Origin: Fimicolochytrium jonesii
Taxonomy: Eukaryota
Length of the DNA stretch: 64,000 bases
Direction: 5' to 3'
Assembly (NCBI RefSeq): GCF_025526975.1
Contig: NW_026515684.1
Coordinates: 62,001-126,000 of the forward strand
Shown here: in pieces, positions 1 through 12,087 of the stretch
How positions within the stretch are numbered: position 1 is the first letter of the stretch
Layout: each line of letters opens with the position of its first letter
The notes under the pieces: generated by a model
Database searches by the model: none
What the model was told of the DNA's origin: nothing
The model's input: only the letters and a program-made list of their open reading frames with translations
Program-made: the position numbers and the translations under genes

Positions 1-597
1 ATTATCGTCTCCACCACATTCTTTCTGCCTCCACAGCACCCGATCCTTCCCCCTCACCACCCTATACACCACATGTTTAGCCCCAAACGATTCCCACACG
101 AGGTACATCACTATCGTCGCCAGGATGAACCCCACGATGAGCACTATCCCGTTCTCCCTCGACGTTGGTGTGAGCGATACGCGTCGCTTCATGTTGCGAA
201 TAGCTGACAGCGAATAGCTCGACATTTTCCGCAACAGTGTTGGGTGTCGCGTTCCTCCGGGTGTTACTACTGCGGACGAAAGATCAGATGCCGATCCGAC
301 TCGAGAGGATGAGGCAGAGGCCGAGGGGCTAATATCCGGTGAGTTGGTGTTGCTCGCACCATTGGGACGTTGTCGTAACAGGCCTTCGTTTTCGCCGGCT
401 ATCGACACGCTGCGGGCAGTGGCGCTGGTTATGCCGTTTGGCTGACGAGTGGTAGCGTGATTGGCGCTGCTTCTGTTGCTGTTGGCGTTGGAGTTCGCGG
501 GCGGTGAGCTTGGAACTCCGCCATCTTCGTCTTCGCTACTGATGTCTTCTCGCAGGTTTGTGTAGATGGAGGTTGGAGAATTGGCTCTTTTGGGCAT
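1..597 (-). CDS. 5' part of a type II membrane protein; runs off the left edge, function unknown
   Basis: Not in the ORF track. Manual translation from the ATG at 597 gives 199 open codons: MPKRANSPTSIYTNLREDISSEDEDG..., an S/N-rich tail, then a hydrophobic segment GIVLIVGFILATIVMYLVW, then ...KECGGDDN at the edge. Confidence 0.75.
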   Translation of the reverse strand, partial: MPKRANSPTSIYTNLREDISSEDEDGGVPSSPPANSNANSNRSSANHATTRQPNGITSATARSVSIAGENEGLLRQRPNGASNTNSPDISPSASASSSRVGSASDLSSAVVTPGGTRHPTLLRKMSSYSLSAIRNMKRRVSLTPTSRENGIVLIVGFILATIVMYLVWESFGAKHVVYRVVRGKDRVLWRQKECGGDDN

Positions 598-861
598 GGT
601 CTTCGCGTGGGACTCAGGTAACGACGGTCGGTGTTCGCAGTGTTCGCAGAGGTTTGAGTGCGGAGGGTATGTTTCGTTCCGGCGACTGATGAGGCAAACA
701 ACACTTCTCAGGAAGGAGAGAAAGCACGAGCGTGGGAGGAGAGGGGTTTGAACGTGTTGTGACAAACGCGTCGCCGCTGCCGTTGGAGACTCCATGGACC
801 ATGATCCAGCAGACCCAGGCGTCCAGCGCAATCGAAGATCCTTCACACACACACACATACA

Positions 862-2283
862 ATGGCGGATACACCGGCCACCGATAGGGCAGAGAAACGA
901 CGCCGCCGGCAGGGCGCAAAGGCTCTCAATCCCGCAGCCGCGCCAACGCCGGCAGACGCCCCAGAACCCGCCGCAAGGCGAAACGGCTGGCCCGTTCCGA
1001 ACCCTTTCTCAGTTCTTTTCTTCGTTTTTCTCGTCTCCTATCTTGTTTGGAAGATAAAGAAGGAGTACGCAGAAGACGACATCTTCAGAACGACGCAATC
1101 GACATCGGCGGAAGCCGCCCCGTCAGCGGCTGTCACGACGCCAGGCGCTCCCATTCTGACCGACCGTATCGTCGCAATCGGAGATCTGCACGGCGACTAC
1201 CCAAACGCACTCTCCGTCTTTCAAATGGCGGGTCTAGCAGACACAGATGGGAACTGGGTAGGCAACAAATCCATCCTCGTGCAGACGGGTGACATCGTCG
1301 ATCGCGGGCCGGACACGATGAAGTTGTACGTCTTCATCCGCCGACTGACGAAGCAGGCCGCTGAGGCTGGCGGGAGGGTCGTGCCGCTGTTGGGGAACCA
1401 TGAGGTGATGAATATGATGGAGGATTTCAGATATGTAGCGAACGAGGACGTGGAGAGCTTTGGAGGCATGCCTCAGAGGAAAGAGGCGTGGAGCAAGGAT
1501 GGTGGGTGTCGTATGGACGGACGCGTTATGTCGTGGATCATAGGGGGCATGAGGTCGGATTGCTAAAGGCCGCCTTGGTTGGACATTCTCAGGATGGCTG
1601 GGGAGGTATTTGCGGACGTGGGATATCACAGCTATCGTCAACGGGACAGTGTTCCTTCACGGCGGGTGAGTCAAGCGCAACTTCTCGATTCCGCCATTTG
1701 TTCTCCCCGCTTATGCCATCTAACATGTGCCCCCTCTCGCAGTCTCCATCCCACATGGGCCGCACAAGGGATTGACGCCCTCAACAAAGCCGCCCGAACA
1801 GCTCTTACCACTAGAACCCCACATGAGCTCTGGGGCGTGAAGCTATTTCAAGGCGACGGGCCGCTTTGGTACCGCGGGTACGCTAACGACGATGAGAAGG
1901 TGGTCTGCGACACGCTTGATACCGCTTTGGGCATGGTCAATGTACGTTTTGGCGCTCATGGGTCCGGTTACCTGCCTGCGTTGGACGGTCTTAACAACAG
2001 TCCTTCATTTTATTAGGCCACGCGGATGGTCATCGGCCACACACCACAACTAACAGGGGAGATCCTTTCACGGTGTAACAACAAGGTGAGGCGAAGGAAA
2101 AACCACTTCCTTGATGTGATCCCACAACTGACCTCGGTTCCACCATACACTATCCAGGTCCACGTTGTCGATGTTGGGATCTCGAGCGTGTATGGAGGAA
2201 ACAAGGCGGCGCTGGAGATCTCCGGCAATCGTGTGGTTGCGATCTATCCCGGAAAGCGGGTCCTGATTACTGATGAGGAATGA
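862..2283 (+). CDS. Membrane-anchored calcineurin-like metallophosphoesterase (Shewanella-like phosphatase/Ppn2-type), about 5 exons
   Basis: Motifs GDLHGD, GDIVDRG, LLGNHE, FLHGG, GPLWYRG and VIGHT are spread over exons joined by GT-AG introns (~1502-1592, ~1666-1743, ~1942-2017, ~2086-2157). N-terminal TM segment FSVLFFVFLVSYLVW. Confidence 0.9.
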
Positions 2284-2849
2284 GCGGGATTGAAAGAATT
2301 TGAAGGGCGATTTCTGTATATGGTTGAGGACGATCTCATGTAGCGTGAGAGCGGCATTGACGTTATCGGACGCACTGCACCGCAGCCAACGTCGCAGGGA
2401 TGCAGGGATGGATTTATCCCGCGTATATCATACGGAGCAATAGCACAGATCCCATGAACTCATCGGGGGCAACGAAATAGGGACGTCGGCCCATAGCGAA
2501 GCATATCCATATTATGTAAAGGCGAAATGAAGACCTACGTAGAGAGAATCGTGCGGTACTGGCTGTCTCGAACTCCCCCATGGTGTCAATGACGCGAATG
2601 AAGTAGCCTTGAGAAGCGTAATAAATGAAGGTGGAAGGGGAGACCCTAAGTAAATGGTATGCTGCGTGCGGAATCCTATCCTAAAGCGTAGACCGGAACC
2701 ATTACTACATGGTTGGGAAAAGTGAGGTGGAAAGGTCCCAGTCCTTGCTGTGCGAAGATGCGATGCTAGTCGATGGTCTGTCCGAGATCATGCGGTCGAC
2801 GCTTATTGGAGCACATCCTTTCGCAACGCGGTCCAATCCAGCCGAAGGC

Positions 2850-5360
2850 TCAACAGTTGAGACCCTTGACCTTCTTACCAGCAAGTCCTTCGACCGCCTT
2901 GCAAAGATCGTACGCAATCTTCTTGCTAACCACGGAATCCTGCTTGTATTCCGGGTGAGACGTCACGAAATTGCGCAACCACGTGGCCCCCGTTTGAAGG
3001 TCTCCTGATGCTTTGCGCGACACGATGTCGACGTATGTGTCGAGTTTGGCGCGCGTCTCCTCCTTGATTGCCTCGCTGTGGGTTTTGAGGTACCGGCGGA
3101 CGAGGTTCACGAGACCGAGGAAGTTGGTCGATGGCTTTGTGGGAAGGAGATGTAAGTCTTCCCTTCGTGACATTGGATGCATGAACGGAATCAGTGCGGT
3201 ACATACCTTGCCGTTCATAATCTCATCAAGGGTCATCTCATCGAAAGCATCTGGGTCATCCCTGTTCGCAACTCCATTAACGTATCCTTCACCGTGGATG
3301 GCTTGGGCGACCGTCTGGTTGGTCGAGCCTTTGCACTTGCATCCAAGTTCCGACAGCTTGCGCTGAGGATCTCCGACGACTTGGCGTCTGAACCAGAATT
3401 TCTCGCGATGGACAGCATCGCGGGAGTGTGCTCGTTGCATATTCTCATCGACCTAAGGACATGGAATATGTGAGTTGAGCTGTCTGATATTCGCCCTCAT
3501 ATGCGCCTGATAACGCACCTTGCTCAGAGGAATGTAGAGATTCAGATCGAAGCTCAGGATAGCCCTGACCAGCAGAACAACGAAAACGGCGAAAGCTGCA
3601 TTCTCCGTATCCGTTAGCTGGATTTCCATACTCCTGAATTCCACACGCCACCCGATATGTGGAGCTGAAGGTGGTGGCGGCTTGAACCTCATCGTTTGCC
3701 AGTTCGTGGATTGGATGTTCTCAAAGTGATCGGAGCTGAGTTCGTCATTTTGATCCAGGAGTTCCTTGAAAACGACGAGCGGGTCGCGAATGAATAAGTG
3801 TGCGTAATGCTTGGCAAGCAAATCGTCCACTCCGCCTTCGCGCAGTTGCTCGTATATCTTTGGGTCGTACGGGCAGTTGAGGTCGTTGTACTGATCCTTG
3901 TAGAACTCCATGCCTTTCGACGGGATGGAGGATAATTGCTCTACTGGGATCTTGGCGAGGTCTGGAGAAAGACTGCACCCGCCAGAGTAGTTAGGCCCAG
4001 GCGATAAATAATTGGATATCGAGTCGTATCGGGACTTTTGGATGCGGAATCGAGAGTGGTCCAAAGGCTTCAGTCCACGTTCCTCCACCGTCCGGTCATC
4101 AACACTTCCTGAAATGACGTTCCATCGGCAATCCACATCGGCTAGATACCCACGGAAGATGGGTGCTCCTGCCGATAGCGCCATCATGATGGGTGTCACG
4201 ACAGCCAGCTGATCATACAGCAATCGAGCTTCCTCCACTGAGCAAGCCTGGAATGTGACTTGCAAACAGCAACATCCCATACCGAAGCACATGGCATCCA
4301 TGTAAATGTGATCAGGAAGTGCGTCGGGGACCAAGTCTGGCAAAGAGGGAAGATGCTCTTGATCAAGAGACTTTGCAGCCTGCTCAGTCGCCTTCACTTC
4401 TCCATTTGAGCATCCGGCGGCAACAGCTGTAGACAAAGACTTGGTGGAGCTTCTAGCCAAACAAGAAGGAGCTGGCTCCTTCCATGGTGACGGGGTGTTC
4501 TTATCCTTGAAGATGGGCATGTTGATGGAGACTTTTGATCCACGACGCTCCCGGATGTTCGCAGTCAATGTGGGAAACCGAGCGTGTGGGTTGATAGCTT
4601 CGCTCGGAATGAACAGACTCATGCTTGGGCCAGAGTCTGGTGTCGCCGTCGCAGATGGCTCTGTGAACCCACAAGAACCAAGCAATGGGAAGTTTGTCAT
4701 TGTCAAGACGGCTTCATTGGGTGGCAACAGCGATGTAGCCAACTCTCGCCTGGGGATTGGGGGACGTCAGTTTCGATGCGCCAAGTTGTCGCACATCAGA
4801 TGATAATCACCTTCGTCGCATGCTCTCTTCGACAGCCAGAGTGTCCTCCAGCGTGTAGCCATACGGAAGCCCAGGTGTGCCTTCCAACATGTATCGTCCG
4901 TATTCTGGCTTCCACGAACTCTCGAAGACTTCACTAGAGACGCAAATGATGTTAAGAGACTTTTCCCAGCTGAATACATGTCTGCGCCCCGTCCTCAACA
5001 CACCCTTTCGCTATGGCATCCATCTCCAGCGCTTGCAGTTTCTCCAAAACATCGTGGGCTCTCAACGACACTCGCGGTTGCTTGTTCTCTTCGTCGTAGT
5101 GCACAACGACGTATTCGATCTATATGCCCCGAAGCAGGTCAGCTTCGGTTGCATTGACGGGATGCTTCGCAAGATCGCATGGGCGAAAGCCCGCAACCTC
5201 TTCGCAGTACCTCGTCACCCCATAGTAGGTGGTCCTTTCTTCGCGTCTTTATTCGGTTCCAGATGTTCAGGAACTGGATAATGCCGTGTTTCCGCACATG
5301 GTCGGCGTGCTTGCGGGCTTCTTCCCACGGAAGAGGGGTTCCCAGTGATAGTAAACCCAT
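2850..5360 (-). CDS. GSH1: Glutamate-cysteine ligase catalytic subunit (gamma-glutamylcysteine synthetase), multi-exon
   Basis: MGLLSLGTPLPW, LLWGDE, WKPEYGRYMLEGTPG, IYMDAMCFGMGCCCLQVTFQ, HFENIQSTNWQTMRFKPPP and GWRVEFRSME are hallmark eukaryotic GCLC motifs. Confidence 0.97.
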
Positions 5361-6031
5361 TGTGGCGAAGCTGAAGCTGGTTTAATGCGCAAAAAATCCC
5401 AGGCTCGACTCTATTGCCGACTAGCTTTCAATGTGGGGTAGAGGAGGTGGGGTTGCGGAGGGTAGCTGAACCGGATATATACCAATGCTCTGCCGGAGTC
5501 GGAGTCGCTTTTAATAGATAAGATATCGCTTTGGGGGCAAGACCCTGCCTTCTTTGCGTTCTTATTAGGACCTGGTTTTTTCCTGCCCTCACTCGTCAAT
5601 CAGAAGAGTCGCGCGTGCGTGCATGATGATGTGGCCCAACAACATTTCAAATCCAAATCCGAGAAAAAAAAACCCGTCAATCTCCCCTCCATCGTGGCAA
5701 GCGCCACAGAAATCAGTCATTCGCATATGCAATGGCGGCTTCCGACACACTCCGATGCATGGGTATCCACGGCCCCCTTTGACAGGACAATGCATGGACT
5801 GCCTCGCTCTTTTTTCTCGTGCCTTCATGTGAGCTAATGTATGAAGTACGACGAAGAATATCAAAAAAAGTCTGGGACGTGGAATGAACAGCAGATTGCG
5901 GTCATGTGTTGCTGACATATATCTGCAGCGAGAAGTTTTACTCCTATTCGAAACCGTCGGAGTATGCCCAATGGGAATCCACTATCCACAACCGAATACC
6001 CGTACTCTTGACCAAAGGCCAATCCTCCAGC

Positions 6032-8960
6032 TCATGACTTCAATTTCCTCTTCTTCTCTTTCCCAACAATGGGCACAACCATCTTCTTCCTATCGAACTC
6101 AATCACCTTCCTCTCCACTTTCACCCCGTCGCCAGTGACAGGGGTTTCACTATCCTGAGTCCGCAACGTCTCGATCTTGGTATCGTCGCAAAGCAGGCAT
6201 GTATACTTGCTGTCCGAGTCTTCCACTAATTTCTCATACTGCGCTGATGTTAAGGTCGCGTCACATGCTACATGGATCCATCTGTGATAGACAGCGTTAG
6301 TAATCTGTATAACCTGTTCCAACGGATCGCCCATAAACGACGGACATTTACCTATCACATGCATCACAGCAAACCATCGCAGCCTCCTCGTCTTCTTTAT
6401 ACATACCCATGCATACCGGGCAGAACATGCTGGCTTCGAATTGACGGTAGCAATCTGGGCAGTATGTGCAGAGGTATGTGCCGTACGATGTTGACTTCTT
6501 CTCGGGTTCGGGTGGGATGATGGCGTGCTTCCAGTCGGTGGCTTTGGTGGTCGCGCATGATGCGCAAACAGCGCAGAGCGGACACAGCCATGTGCCTGTA
6601 AATGTGAAAGGTCTGTGAGATGGGTGCAACGTCACCAAGTATAAAATCGATCCTATGCGCTTCAAACATACCTTCCGGCGCTTCATCCAACGGCGGCTCC
6701 AAGCAAAACGTATGATATCCCCGGTCACAGGTATCACAGAACAACAACCGGCTATCATCGCCCGCTTTATGACACTTGACGCACGTCTTGCAATCGCTGC
6801 AATGCCACGAATATGTTTGCACCTTATTAATCAGGACCGCGTCGTCAAAATCGATGCATGATGGATGATGCTTCGTTTTGCAGCTAGCGCAGCTGAGTAA
6901 GATGTTAGGGAGCGGTTTGGTGGTGGGTTGGGCCGGGCTGGGCGTTATGCTGTGGCAGTGAACGCATGCATTGGGGTCCACTGCCGGAACGTCCACCTGC
7001 GATATAGGCACACAGTTAGACTACTGGTACATCAGCAAGTAGACCGAATAGGACGACAACGTACCGCTTTCGCATGGTATAGGCACTTCTCATTAGCGGT
7101 GAATACTACACGCTTACAAGGCAACCCTGTGCGAGTAATTTCCCCGCAGGTATATTCCGCATGTCGCACCTTGGGAATCGCGTACGCAGGCTATGGTTCA
7201 AAGAACCACGTTAGGAACAGGCATTACGGAAAAAGCTATTGGCGCTTCATGATATGTTGACCTACCGATGCAGCTGCTTTGGAGGCCGATTGTGGGAGTG
7301 GCAGGGCTACCGGTGCTGGTGTTGAAGCGCGGGTTATATCTTTCACGTTGGGCGCTGCAGCTGGAGTCGGATCCGCGGGAACAACATCGCTTGCGGAGAA
7401 TCTGTTCCGAGCTCTGATTTGGGCTAATCAGCCGATGCATTGTTTGCCTATACGTCTATAGCGTGTGCGCACTTACACTGGGAATGCTCCTTGATATTGT
7501 CCTGGAATAATAGCTATTGGGTATAATTCGTCCTCTGGAGGTATTTCCACACGTACCCAATCAGAATCGGTGGGGTCCGTATTCTGTACTATCGAGAGGC
7601 CATTCCCGCGAGCAATGTCCGCTATCGACCCGACTTTCATCTCGACAGATATTGACTGCGGTTGAGACAGAGATGGCATCTGCTCAATATTCGTGTGGGT
7701 GTCGAAGAAGCTTGTGGACCTCTGTAAACGGAGCCGGCGGTTGAAATCAGCCGCGGACGCCGCGCGCTTATACAGCTGCTCATCACCAACAGCAAGCGCA
7801 GGAATCAGAATGCGATTGCCCGTGGAAAACGGCATCAGCCGCTCTCGTTCCTCATGTGTCATTCGATGCATCTGCCGACGCAGTGTAGACTCGCGAGGCA
7901 TGGGCTGCGCAAATCGAGAATCGGATCTCCTCGGTGGTAGCGGGGTGTCCTCCGGCTCCTCAGGTTCGGGTTCATCTGGGGGTTCCTCTTGATCTCCAAC
8001 CCAATAGTCATCCCTCACTGGTTTGCCCCTTTTGATACACTTATGTCCAAAAGCGCGGAAGATGCTACGAGCACTAGCGATGGAGACGGGACGGCGACGA
8101 AGCTGGCCCGGCAGGATCCCATGCTCTTCCAAAAATGCTTTGTCCTTTTCGTCACCCTGGATACGGGTGATGTGTGGATTCTTCAAGAAGAAGATATAAG
8201 TGTCACGATACTGTAAGCCCTTTGAGATGTCGACTGTGAGCATGTAACGGCGCTTTGGGTGGCGAGGCAGGATGAACGATTTGATCTTGTATTCCCGCCC
8301 GCCCAGTAATTCGCCATCTTTTGTGATCTTGAGTTCTCCTTTCTCATCCCACTCCGTTTCGTTCTCCTCCTCGTCCACATTCTTCACTCCCAGGGTGTCT
8401 CGGGGCGTGTCAGACCCTTTAGATGGTCGACCCCGCCCTCTGGGTGCCGGTGTTGCTGAAGTTCCGCTCGCCGCCTTTGGTAACTCCGTCTTGACTGCCT
8501 CGTCTGTTTTTGTATCCTTGCCATTGGCGTCCTCCTCTTTGGGTGTTGCGATATTTTCTTTCGAACCATCGTCACCAACTTCCATCAGGTCGTCCGCCTC
8601 GTCCTGTTCTGGAGCACCGTCTGCCTGCACAGTTTTGCCGCTATTTCGTCCCGATCGTCTGGCAGGCGAGTTTGAGCCCTGGGCATCTTGGGTTTTTCCC
8701 CGGGTTCGTTTGGTCGGGGAAGGATTCTGTGACTCATCCTCACTGATGTCCTCCATCGACGGGTTGTACGACGTTCGGGTTTTACGCTTCCGACCATTCA
8801 CTTTGCCAGACTCTTCACCGTCCTCGGATGGACTCTGCGAATATGTTGTAAGTACTTTTGTTCGTCGATAGGTTCCCCAAGATCGGTGTCAAATGGATAT
8901 GCGAACCTGATCTGATAGCTCCGTTTTCTCTTCGTCCGCAGCGAGATGTTCTTGAATCAT
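6032..8960 (-). CDS. SWI/SNF-RSC subunit: Rsc7/Swp82 (CRC_subunit) domain, PHF10-like motifs, a small C3H zinc motif and three PHD fingers; about 7 exons, start tentative
   Basis: The 7473-8801 exon has DEKGELKITKDGELLGGREY...YRDTYIFFLKNP (Rsc7/Swp82-like) and ends YPIAIIPGQYQG at a GTAAGT donor. In-frame GT-AG splicing continues via ~7413-7267 and ~7191-7073 into PHD exons (C..C...HPSC...WHCSDC; CVKC...LLFCDTCDRGYHTFCL...WLCPLC; FCPVC...MVCCDACDRWIHVACD...YTCLLC). Confidence 0.8.
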
Positions 8961-9872
8961 CTGTGAATAGCAGAATCCAGAGGGAAAGCACTGATGAGTT
9001 GATGAGCAGGAGAACTGGAAAGCTTTGATGTTCAACGCGTTGTGTGAGAGTGACAGTAACGCGCGAAAAAGCGAACAAAATGACAGCTTTCACTGCGACC
9101 TCTGGTCCCCCCCTGCCTCCACGCTGGGCGGTTGCTCGTATCGTTGCTACCAGGGCCGAAGTGTCTGCCGCTGTGCTCTAGTTGCGCAGCAAAGGAAAAT
9201 GGTACAGGTTGATACCTACGATAGCTTTCGTTCCCCCGAGTATACCGATCGGGCGATAAGTTCGAGAGTGATCAGGATTCAGCTCCACCGCCACTTGCCA
9301 CGCTTTGGAGCGACGATGTGGGACCGATGTGTCCACACTCGCCAGCCGCAAGAAGAAACGCCACTTCGTTCGTACTCTGCCGCGACAGCTTGAGGGTGAA
9401 GCGTCCGGTGCTCAAATCGAACTCGTTCCCTTGACGAGTGCAAGCGACACTTTGTTTTTGCCAGAGGTCGCTGAAGGAAGATGCTACCTTGGGTTGCCCT
9501 CGGCCAGAGAAGAGTGTATCTGCACTATCGCAGTCTCGGCCGCTCAGCTATGCGTTTGCCTACGTACAGGTACTATGTCTCGCGGGACGGAGTTGGAGTG
9601 CCAACACTGGACATCGTTGCAAGTTGCAGGCCTGGACGACAGTTGATCGACACAGTGAAATAATATACGGCCGGGTCACGTGCTCCAACGGATCCACGAG
9701 ATTGAGAAGGTCCTCACGATCTAAGAGGATGCTGGCCATCAGCTCCCTGCACAACCAAAATCAACCGAGCAAGCGCCGGCTCCTAAATACATCTCGCAGA
9801 CTCATCTCGGAGGGCCTTCGCAAGCTTAGGACTCTGCGTCCCGGATCTTGCTGAACGAAGTCACTCATCAGG

Positions 9873-11834
9873 ATGGAAAATCTCAGCGAACACCAATCTC
9901 CCACTCAAGGAGGACAGGACGCGATGGTGACAGAACAGCGCTATCACTCACGACCGTTTCCCGACGGAAGCGACGAACGCCTCGAAGACGGCGGTAAAGG
10001 GTACACTTCCGTGGATCGCCGTAACTACTCAGGAACTGGGCAACGAGAGTATTCTCAGCCGTCGCGTCCCGCTTCCGCCCAGCAGAAGCCGGAAGAGAGG
10101 AGCGATCAGTCTCAGGAGGGTATTGACTTGCCCGTCCGACGCTTGGAAAATCCAGCTCCACGAAGCTCAGATCAAAGAGACCGGTATGGATATAATCAAA
10201 CTCAACAAGGCCGGAGCGAACACACTCGCGGAAGCTACCATTATGAGAAAAAGACTTCGGGCAGCAGCGTGTTGGATTCCGGCAACCGCTCGAGCGACAA
10301 TACCCATGAGAGATACCCATCCAAGACAAGCTACGGCTACAGTTACACAGGCTCCCGCCAATCTGTGGGAACTGATCATAGGACGTCGGCCGGGCGGTAT
10401 GACAGCCGAAGCTCCCTTCACTCCAGTGCGAACACTTCCAGCTTTGATAGATATTCGGGGGACTATCGATCGGATGAAAGGGTGGGATCGTCCGATCGTG
10501 GGAGACAGACGTTGAGGTCCGACGAAAGACGATCTCCGCCGCGTTCAGCCCATTATTCGCGATCGATGTCTCCGCAACGTCGCCACTCTGACAGCTCCCT
10601 GCTCAAGCGCTTGGAGAAGGAGTATCTGGACGCAGAACACGAATACACGCTTCTGGACATGAAATATACGACAACAAAAACGGAAATCAACGTTCTCACC
10701 GCCAAGTTGGATGAGCTGGGACGGCTGCTCTCGGACACGAAAGAGGACGTGGCCAGGGCGTCTGATCGCAAAGAGAGGTGCCAAGAGTTGTGGGAGAGGG
10801 AGAAGCGGCGTGTGGCCGATGTTCAGAGGAAGGCTTCGAGCACTTACGACAGAAACCCGAGAGGCATGCCTGACAGCTCTTGGAACGGGACCAGCCATCG
10901 TTCGTCGACAGACCACAGCCACTCCTCGAGCCGACCTCAGGATAGCAACTGGAGTCGATCCACCAACACGAAATACAGGAGCTCGATTTCCTCTGACCAT
11001 TCAACTTCTGTGGACAGGCGCGGCGAACCCGGTCGATCGACGAGCACCGTTGTTATTGAGAGGAGAACTGACCTCCGACCGCAAAGCCGAGCGAGTGGCA
11101 CTGTTGCGGACGATGTGGACGACGGAGAGTTGCTTCCAGTGCGACGTCTAAGTGAATCCGAACTCCCTGGCGTGCAGAACCAGGCGCCTGACAACATCAG
11201 AAGGCGCGATGAGCGCATCCAGTGGAACCAACACCAGGGGCACTGGAGCAATAGAGGTCGTGGCGGGTACGATAGGAGGGGAGGATACTCGCGTGGGGGT
11301 AGTTCTCGCACTCCCGACACTGGCCGCGAACGGCTCTCGGATGAGGCTTCAATCAACGGATCAGAACTCGTCCTCGATAGCCAAGCAGCCTCGTCCCTGG
11401 CCGACGCGATCCTCGCAAGCACTATGCCAGAGTCTGGTGAGGTCACCGAGCACGAAGGCGAAAACTTTGGAGACCTATCCGAAGGGCAATCGAACGGCAC
11501 TAAACGCCAACGTGAGGACGACGGTAGACCGTTGCAGAACGGCGGTCAACGTCAAACCAACAATGAGGTTTCGTTCGGCAGGGCCGCTGACGGATACCGC
11601 CAAAATGAACACGACAGGAAATCGCATATCTCCATCAAGAATGAACCTCGTGGCGATGCGGACGATGATAGAGCCACTTCGTACAAAGACGGTCAAGTTG
11701 AAGATGAGGGCTCTCTCTTGGAGTTTGTACGCACAATCTTCGCTGGTGGTGAGGGCAGGGGAGGCGCCAACGAGCAGAACGAGGATGATGAAGACGTTGG
11801 GGAAAGTGCACACAAGCGGCTTCGAGCCGAATGA
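9873..11834 (+). CDS. Hypothetical S/R-rich disordered protein with a central coiled coil and an RGG patch
   Basis: 653-aa uninterrupted ORF; heptad-like segment LLKRLEKEYLDAEHEYTLLDMK...LTAKLDELGRLLSDTKEDV; RGRGGYDRRGGYSRGG; C-terminal KRLR. Confidence 0.75.
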   Translation: MENLSEHQSPTQGGQDAMVTEQRYHSRPFPDGSDERLEDGGKGYTSVDRRNYSGTGQREYSQPSRPASAQQKPEERSDQSQEGIDLPVRRLENPAPRSSDQRDRYGYNQTQQGRSEHTRGSYHYEKKTSGSSVLDSGNRSSDNTHERYPSKTSYGYSYTGSRQSVGTDHRTSAGRYDSRSSLHSSANTSSFDRYSGDYRSDERVGSSDRGRQTLRSDERRSPPRSAHYSRSMSPQRRHSDSSLLKRLEKEYLDAEHEYTLLDMKYTTTKTEINVLTAKLDELGRLLSDTKEDVARASDRKERCQELWEREKRRVADVQRKASSTYDRNPRGMPDSSWNGTSHRSSTDHSHSSSRPQDSNWSRSTNTKYRSSISSDHSTSVDRRGEPGRSTSTVVIERRTDLRPQSRASGTVADDVDDGELLPVRRLSESELPGVQNQAPDNIRRRDERIQWNQHQGHWSNRGRGGYDRRGGYSRGGSSRTPDTGRERLSDEASINGSELVLDSQAASSLADAILASTMPESGEVTEHEGENFGDLSEGQSNGTKRQREDDGRPLQNGGQRQTNNEVSFGRAADGYRQNEHDRKSHISIKNEPRGDADDDRATSYKDGQVEDEGSLLEFVRTIFAGGEGRGGANEQNEDDEDVGESAHKRLRAE

Positions 11835-12087
11835 AGGACGGGAAACCGCCTGAGCATGGGAGGAGGAAAGCGATCCTCCGCGGGGTTCCTTTCGACGTTG
11901 CGATGTGTTTTGTAGTTTTTGTGTTGTTTTTTCGCGGTGGGCTTCTTGCCCACGTTCGTCTTGCCTTGCATCCGTTGGGGCCCCAAAGCTGCATTGATTC
12001 TTGAGCGAAGTGCCCACACTCAATACGTAGGACGTACTTGCCGCCCTCACACGCATTGTAATATTCTTTGAAATATGATCCTATCTT

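Noticed and set aside
9199..9860. Short ORFs upstream of the 653-aa ORF as extra coding exons
   Set aside because: In-frame stop at 9852-9854 and no convincing spliced path found.
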